Assembly: GCA_965226555.1 (NCBI GenBank)
Contig: CBDDDG010000002.1
Span: 32,001-96,000, forward strand
Source: Salinispira sp.
Lineage (GTDB): Bacteria; Spirochaetota; Spirochaetia; DSM-27196; Salinispiraceae
DNA: 64,000 bases
Direction: 5' to 3'
The notes under the pieces were generated by a model. The model worked only from the letters and a program-made list of their open reading frames with translations, was not told the origin of the DNA and searched no databases. Positions 55,024 to 61,593 of this stretch are shown in pieces; position 1 is the first letter of the stretch; each line of letters opens with the position of its first letter. The translations under genes and the position numbers were made by a program.

Positions 55024-56427
55024 ATGTCTGTAAAAGATATTTTGAATATGATAAAATCGGAAAACATTGAATATCTGGATCTTCAGTTTGGCGATATGTT
55101 CGGCATGCTCCAGCATACGACCTTCGTTGCAAAAAATACGAGCGAAGGCCTGCTCACCGAGGGAATTCCCTTCGACGGATCCAGTATTCGCGCGTGGAAG
55201 ACCATCGACAAGTCCGATATGCTGTTTATGCCCGATGTACATTCAGCCTTCATTGATCCGTTCCGAGAACGGAAAACTCTGGTGCTTTTTGGCGATATTT
55301 ACGAACCCCGCACGGGAGAACGCTATGAACGGGCGCCGCGGAACATTGCCAACCGCGCCGCCGAATACATGAAAAGCCTCGGCATCGGCGATGAAATATT
55401 CTTTGGGCCGGAACCGGAATTCTTTATCTTCGATTCTGTGCGGATAGAAAACTCGGCGAACCTGAGTTTTTTTGAAGTCGAAACAGAAGAGGGGCCATGG
55501 ACCTCGGGCGCTGAAGGACTGAACCTCGGGCACAAGATTCGGCATAAAATGGGATACTTTCCGGCAACTCCGCAGGACACTCTCATGGATCTGCGAAACG
55601 ATATTGTCGCCAATATGGAAAAAATGGGCATAACTGTTTACCTGCATCACCATGAGGTTGCCACCGCGCAGGGCGAAATTGGAATAAAATTTGGCGATAT
55701 TATAACTGCCGGCGATATCGTTCATAAATACAAATATGCGGTTAAAAATACTGCCTACCGATACGGAAAAACTGCCACCTTCATGCCCAAGCCCATGTTT
55801 GGCGATAACGGCTCCGGAATGCATGTGCACACATCCATCTGGAAAGATGGAAAAAATACCTTTGCCGGCGACAACTACGCCAACCTTTCCGAGAACGCGC
55901 TCTACGCCATCGGCGGACTCCTCAAACATGGACGGGAAATTCAGGCCTTTACCAACCCAACCGGCAACAGCTATCGGCGGCTGGTTCCGGGCTACGAAGC
56001 GCCCGTTAAACTGGCCTACTCGGCAACTAACCGCTCGGCTGCTGTCCGTGTTCCGTATGTAACCGATGAAAAATCGCGCCGCTTTGAGTTTCGCTGCGGC
56101 GATGCGGCCGGCTCTCCATATTTGAATTTCGCAGCCATGACCATGGCAATGATTGACGGAATAAAAAACAAAATTGATCCGGGTTCTGCGCTCGACAAGA
56201 ACATTTACGATCTCCCGCCTCAGGAAGCCAAGGCAATTCCCTCAACCTGCGCAACTCAGGAAGAAGCAATTCACGAGATGATGTCCAACAAAACATGGCT
56301 TACCGCAGGCGATGTTTTCGATGAGAATTTCATTCAGGCCTATACGGATTACCGCCTTACGGAAGAAGTCGAAATTCAGAAGCTCCAACCCACCCCCGTG
56401 GAATTTGAGCTCTACTACGACGTCTGA
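55024..56427 (+). CDS. glnA: Type I glutamine synthetase
   Basis: FDGSSI, GPEPEFF, HHEVA, FMPKPMFGDNGSGMH, RLVPGYEAP, KNIYDL. Confidence 0.97.
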   Translation: MSVKDILNMIKSENIEYLDLQFGDMFGMLQHTTFVAKNTSEGLLTEGIPFDGSSIRAWKTIDKSDMLFMPDVHSAFIDPFRERKTLVLFGDIYEPRTGERYERAPRNIANRAAEYMKSLGIGDEIFFGPEPEFFIFDSVRIENSANLSFFEVETEEGPWTSGAEGLNLGHKIRHKMGYFPATPQDTLMDLRNDIVANMEKMGITVYLHHHEVATAQGEIGIKFGDIITAGDIVHKYKYAVKNTAYRYGKTATFMPKPMFGDNGSGMHVHTSIWKDGKNTFAGDNYANLSENALYAIGGLLKHGREIQAFTNPTGNSYRRLVPGYEAPVKLAYSATNRSAAVRVPYVTDEKSRRFEFRCGDAAGSPYLNFAAMTMAMIDGIKNKIDPGSALDKNIYDLPPQEAKAIPSTCATQEEAIHEMMSNKTWLTAGDVFDENFIQAYTDYRLTEEVEIQKLQPTPVEFELYYDV

Positions 56428-56666
56428 ATGTAAAGCAGTGCTATCATTATGAAATGAGATATTGATGAAAGTGACTTACAAAGACATACAAGCCGAATAA
56501 AGTGATGTTGGATTTGGGCGCAATTAAACCGAAAAAGCTTTAAGCAAACGAGTAGAAAACACCGGAAATCGGGGGCGCAGAACAAAAACGTATGCAAAAA
56601 TGGGCAGATGGATTGACATACACGAATTTTTGGATGATACTGGATCACAGTGGATCTTAAAAAATG

Positions 56667-56810
56667 CTATTTCCGCGATGCAGTGGGAAATAGCCGTGTT
56701 TCCAGAGCTTCCCTATTCACATCGGTATTCCGCTGCCTCAAAAGATCCAGCGGAGTCCCTTTGCGGTAGGTGTTGAACCTCCGGTAATTGAAAACTATCT
56801 GATACTCCTC
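56667..56810 (-). pseudogene. C-terminal remnant of integrase-type (IS481-like) transposase
   Basis: EEYQIVFNYRRFNTYRKGTPLDLL (N..R......TP motif); cut off by palindromic element at 56811-56868. Confidence 0.45.
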
Positions 56811-56905
56811 TTTCCAAGGCAAAACTTTCTATAAAATAGGAGAATGCTAAGCACAAAAAAAGCATTCCTGACGGACGCATGGGCGCGCAGGCCGAGCAGC
56901 GTCAA

Positions 56906-58102
56906 TTAATGCGATCCGTTCCGCAATGTCCGCATTTCCTCATCGCTCAGCCCGGTAATTCTCTGAACAGCCTCGGTCGACAAGCCTTCCAAAAACATAC
57001 TGCGGGCGTTTTTTCTCCGTTCCTCAATATGCCCCTCCGCGCGGCCTTCCTGTCGACCTGTTCGCAGTCCTGTCTGAAGTCCTTCTTCACGACCTGTTCG
57101 CAGTCCTTCCTGCCGACCTGTCTGCAATCCTTCTTCACGACCTGTTTGCAGTCCTTCCTGTCGACCTGTCTGCAATCCTGTCTGAAGTCCTTCTTCACGA
57201 CCTGTCTGTAATCCTGTCTGAAGTCCTTCCTGCCGACCTGCCTGTAGCCCCTTCTGAAGTCCTTCTTCACGTCCTTCCTGCCGACCCATTTCCGCAATGC
57301 GCGCTTTGAATGTTTCCGCATTCATTCTGAACATTTTTGCTACCTCCTTACCTCTCGGTTCTTTTGTTCTTTCTAACTGGTTCATTAGCGTGTCAAAGTC
57401 TATAACAATTCCGAACATCGAATCTATCACGCCGATAAATTCCTCTATCAGCTCCAGCGATTCCTCATTCAGCATTTCTGCTATCGCTTTCTCTACTATC
57501 TGAATGTCCCAATCCGTATTCAGCAGATTTTTCGAGTACAGATCAAGGTACATAACAGCCGCAAACATTCTTCCCCGCTGCTGCAACTGCTCCGCAGAAT
57601 AATCGTTCTCACTTATCAGATCGTAGGGAAAGGGGGCAAGATACTGCGGGAATTCCCGCGTGTTCCGCTCTCTGACATTCCCCGGCACCTTCCATTTTCG
57701 CGTACCATTATAGAACACAATGGGCAGAAATACCAATTCGCAGTCATCGGGAATTGCACCGGAGCGGTGAATGTTCCGATAGAGAAGGTTTGTGTACTCT
57801 GACATGCGGAGGGGCATGTCTTTGTCCACTCCAGACTGATGCTCAAGGAGCACATAGATAGCAACATCTCCCGTATGATCCCGACTTCTGATTTTGCAGA
57901 CGATGTCGGCCATTCGTGTTTTCGCATGGTCAATGAAAAAGGTACCGTTTTCGATGGTTATATCCTCGATTCGCAATTTTTTCGTCCATGCGCCTCCGAC
58001 AAAGCGTTGAAGAAATTGGAGCATTATTGCGGGTTGGAACAGCAGGGAGCGGTAGCCTTGGTCGTAGGGAACGGGGGCGGGTTTTTCTTTGAAATCGATC
58101 AT
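56906..58102 (-). CDS. Rpn type B (intact, 398 aa); internal RpnS start 57334
   Basis: As other type B copies; longest repeat tract. Confidence 0.9.
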   Translation of the reverse strand: MIDFKEKPAPVPYDQGYRSLLFQPAIMLQFLQRFVGGAWTKKLRIEDITIENGTFFIDHAKTRMADIVCKIRSRDHTGDVAIYVLLEHQSGVDKDMPLRMSEYTNLLYRNIHRSGAIPDDCELVFLPIVFYNGTRKWKVPGNVRERNTREFPQYLAPFPYDLISENDYSAEQLQQRGRMFAAVMYLDLYSKNLLNTDWDIQIVEKAIAEMLNEESLELIEEFIGVIDSMFGIVIDFDTLMNQLERTKEPRGKEVAKMFRMNAETFKARIAEMGRQEGREEGLQKGLQAGRQEGLQTGLQTGREEGLQTGLQTGRQEGLQTGREEGLQTGRQEGLRTGREEGLQTGLRTGRQEGRAEGHIEERRKNARSMFLEGLSTEAVQRITGLSDEEMRTLRNGSH

Positions 58103-58584
58103 ATAATTCCTCCTGAACGAAAGTTTTGCTACTGGAAATTGTGCTTGCACAATTTTCCAATGCAAAAATTTCTGAACGTTTCTTTCTGAATAGGGGAGCT
58201 CCCATGGCGACATGGTCCCATGGTGAATTCTCCCCTCTATATATGTGACGGGTAAACTGTCATTTTTGACTATGTATGTGGAAAGAATTTTGCAAAATGT
58301 GTGATTTTTTTTGGGGCTACGGGAGGGGAGGGCGCTGAAATGCGGGTTAGTGGACGGGAAGGGGTGCGCGTCTATGGCGATATCCGACTGACTGGCGTAA
58401 GCGATAGCCCGAAAATTGAGCTGCGTGGGTCAGCGTGGTGCCATACCGATATAATCTTTTTCCATACCATATAGACGGGTAAAATATGACCGGTGAATAT
58501 GAGAAATTTTTTGCAGAAAATTTCTATTATTTTGGGATATTGACCTGAACCCGCCGCATGGGCGCGCAGGCCGAGCAACGTCAA

Positions 58585-59757
58585 TTAATGCGATCCGTTC
58601 CGCAATGCCCGCATTTCCTCATCGCTCAGCCCGGTAATTCTCTGAACAGCCTCGGTCGACAACCCTTCCAAAAACATACTGCGGGCCGTTTCTCGAATGC
58701 CTTCCTGCCGACCTGTCTGCAGTCCTTCCTGCCGACCTGTTCGCAGTCCTTCCTGCCGACCTGTCTGTAGTCCTTCCTGCCGACCTGTTCGCAGTCCTGT
58801 CTGAAGTCCTTCCTGCCGACCTGTCCGCAGTCCTTCCTGCCGACCTGTCTGAAGTCCTGTCTGAAGTCCTTCCTGCAATCCTTCTTCACGACCTTCCTGT
58901 CGACCTGTTTGCAATCCTGTCTGAAGTCCTTCCTGCCGACCCATCTCCGCAATGTGAGCTCTGAATGTTTCCGCATTCATTCTGAACATTTTCGCTACCT
59001 CCTTACCTCTCGGTTCTTTTGTTCTTTGTAATTGGTTCATTAGCGTGTCAAAGTCTATAACAATTCCGAACATCGAATCTACCACGCCGATAAATTCCTT
59101 TATCAGCTCCAGCGATTCCTCATTCAGCATTTCTGCTATCGCTTTCTCTACTATCCGAATGTCCCAATCCGTATTCAGCAGATTTTTCGAGTACAGATCA
59201 AGGTACATAACAGCCGCAAACATTCTTCCCCGCTGCTGCAACTGCTCCGCAGAATAATCGCTCTCGTTAATAAGATCGTAAGGAAAGGGAGCAAGATACT
59301 GCGGGAATTCCCGCTTCCGTTGCTCTCTGACGTTCCCGGGCACCTTCCATTTTCGCGTTCCATTATAGAACACAATGGGCAGAAATATCAATTCGCAGTC
59401 ATCGGGAATTGCGCCGGAGCGGTGAATGTTCCGATAGAGCAGATTCGTATATTCTGACATGCGGAGGGGCATGTCTTTGTCCACTCCAGACTGATGCTCA
59501 AGGAGCACATAGATAGCAACATCTCCCGTATGATCCCGACTTCTGATTTTGCAGACGATGTCGGCCATTCGTGTTTTCGCATGGTCAATGAAAAAGGTAC
59601 CGTTTTTGATGGTTATATCCTCGATTCGCAATTTTTTCGTCCATGCGCCTCCGACAAAGCGTTGCAGAAATTGGAGCATTATTGCGGGTTGGAACAGCAG
59701 AGAGCGGTAGCCTTGGTCGTAGGGAACGGGGGCGGGTTTTTCTTTGAAATCGATCAT
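58585..59757 (-). CDS. Rpn type B (intact, 390 aa); internal RpnS start 58989
   Basis: As other type B copies. Confidence 0.9.
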   Translation of the reverse strand: MIDFKEKPAPVPYDQGYRSLLFQPAIMLQFLQRFVGGAWTKKLRIEDITIKNGTFFIDHAKTRMADIVCKIRSRDHTGDVAIYVLLEHQSGVDKDMPLRMSEYTNLLYRNIHRSGAIPDDCELIFLPIVFYNGTRKWKVPGNVREQRKREFPQYLAPFPYDLINESDYSAEQLQQRGRMFAAVMYLDLYSKNLLNTDWDIRIVEKAIAEMLNEESLELIKEFIGVVDSMFGIVIDFDTLMNQLQRTKEPRGKEVAKMFRMNAETFRAHIAEMGRQEGLQTGLQTGRQEGREEGLQEGLQTGLQTGRQEGLRTGRQEGLQTGLRTGRQEGLQTGRQEGLRTGRQEGLQTGRQEGIRETARSMFLEGLSTEAVQRITGLSDEEMRALRNGSH

Positions 59758-60009
59758 ACAATCCTCCTGAAGGTTTTTTTGAACGTTTCTTTCTGAATAG
59801 GGGAGCTCCCATGGCGACATGGTCCCATGGTGAATTCTCTCCTCTATAATCTGTGACGGGTAAACGGTCATTTTTGACTATGTTTTTTGAGAAAATTTGA
59901 AAAAAGTTTGCATTTTGTAAAACTTTGTGGTATTATTCAGTAACCGCAGAAATAATGGCGGACGCCGTCAGATTTTTTCTGAGGAAAAATTACCTTGGAG
60001 GTAACATAT

Positions 60010-61566
60010 ATGAAAATTATGTCATACAGAGGAATAACTCTTTTCACTTTCTGTGCAATGGTTATTGTGTTGATGGCGGGGTGTCCGATGCTAACCGCGC
60101 CGCCTGCCATGTATTCTCCAACTCTCACAGCGGGAAGCGAACAGCTTACCGCATTGTGGGTTGATCCGACTACATGGAATTGGGGGGAAAACAACGCAGG
60201 AAACGCCATTACCGCGTACAACCTGCGCTATGGTGAAGTCGGTAGCGAGGGCTGGACGGAGATTATCTCCGGTATTACCGGCGCAAGCCACACCATTACC
60301 GACCTGACAAACGGCGTCAATTATGCTGTGCAGGTACGCGCCGTCAACGCGCAGGGCACCGGCGGCTGGTCGGCATCTGCCACGGCAACACCTATTGCGC
60401 CAACTGCGCCCCCTGCCCCGCCGGGTACCATGGCTGCCCCAACCCTTTATGCGGGAACTGGGCGGCTCGTTGCGACATGGACTGCGCCAATCGATAACGG
60501 CAGCAGCCCCATTACCGGGTATGAATTGCAATATCGCACAGGCGGCGGAGCATGGACACAAATTACCGAAGGCATCACCGGTACAGACCACAGCATTACG
60601 GGACTGACAAACGGCTCCCCCTACCAAGTACAGGTGAGCGCCGTCAATGCGGTTGGCGATGGCCCATGGTCTCCATTTACAATAGGAAGGCCGCAAAGGA
60701 CACAGACTCCTGTGGGTACGGCAAGGGTTGTAAGCCTTTCAGATGCCGTTAATGTTATTATTGCCAGTGAGAACCTCAGCATTTATTTGACCACGGTAGA
60801 GTCTGGCACGTACGCGGTCGATGAATCGGGAAACATTACGGTAACCCCCGCAACGACGCCCGATGGGGTCACCATTCCGACAGTTAATGCGAATACTGGA
60901 ATTGTTACGGTTACCGCAGGTACAACGGCAGGAACATATCTGGTATATGGTGAAACAGAAAGCGGCGACAAACTCTTTGCCGAATATTTCTATGTTACCG
61001 TGCGTCCTCACGATGGCGATGGTACTGGTGTTACTGATAATGATGGTGATGGCGGTAACGATGAACTGGACGCCGCGGTAGCTACGGGGATAACCACTTG
61101 GGGACAAACTGCCGACCTCAACTACATTGTTACCGCGGCAGTAACGGATATGTCCTTGATGTTCAATAACAACAGCGTATTCAATGGCGATATCTCCGGT
61201 TGGGATGTCAGCTCGGTAACGAATATCTCCGCAATCTTCAGTTTCACAGACGCATTCAATGGCGATATCTCTGCTTGGGATGTCAGTTCGGTAATGAATA
61301 TGTCCCAGGCTTTCCAGCAAGCAAGAGCATTTAATCGTGATATCTCAGCTTGGGAGCCTGCCGCGGTAACGAATATGAACAGGATGTTCAAGGACACAGG
61401 CACATTCAATCAAGATCTTGAGGAATGGAAGGATCATTTGACACTTGATGCCAATGGCAAATTTACCGGAAACAAAACAAATATGTTTAGGGATTCCGGT
61501 TTAGATTCGAATCCGAATACTAATGATGATAGTGGGCCTCAACCGAATTATCCGTCATGGTATTAG
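60010..61566 (+). CDS. FN3 (x2) + DUF285 (x4) surface lipoprotein, no poly-G tract
   Basis: GGAGGT RBS; lipobox MAGC; N-terminus similar to 20929 gene. Confidence 0.9.
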   Translation: MKIMSYRGITLFTFCAMVIVLMAGCPMLTAPPAMYSPTLTAGSEQLTALWVDPTTWNWGENNAGNAITAYNLRYGEVGSEGWTEIISGITGASHTITDLTNGVNYAVQVRAVNAQGTGGWSASATATPIAPTAPPAPPGTMAAPTLYAGTGRLVATWTAPIDNGSSPITGYELQYRTGGGAWTQITEGITGTDHSITGLTNGSPYQVQVSAVNAVGDGPWSPFTIGRPQRTQTPVGTARVVSLSDAVNVIIASENLSIYLTTVESGTYAVDESGNITVTPATTPDGVTIPTVNANTGIVTVTAGTTAGTYLVYGETESGDKLFAEYFYVTVRPHDGDGTGVTDNDGDGGNDELDAAVATGITTWGQTADLNYIVTAAVTDMSLMFNNNSVFNGDISGWDVSSVTNISAIFSFTDAFNGDISAWDVSSVMNMSQAFQQARAFNRDISAWEPAAVTNMNRMFKDTGTFNQDLEEWKDHLTLDANGKFTGNKTNMFRDSGLDSNPNTNDDSGPQPNYPSWY

Positions 61567-61593
61567 TTTCATTCCCGCAGCGTCAGGACGATC

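Noticed and set aside
56660..56740. Cobalamin riboswitch (AATAGGGAA on minus strand)
   Set aside because: Lacks the following GGTG-RAA-TCC stem and B12 box; better explained as transposase C-terminal coding remnant plus hairpin.
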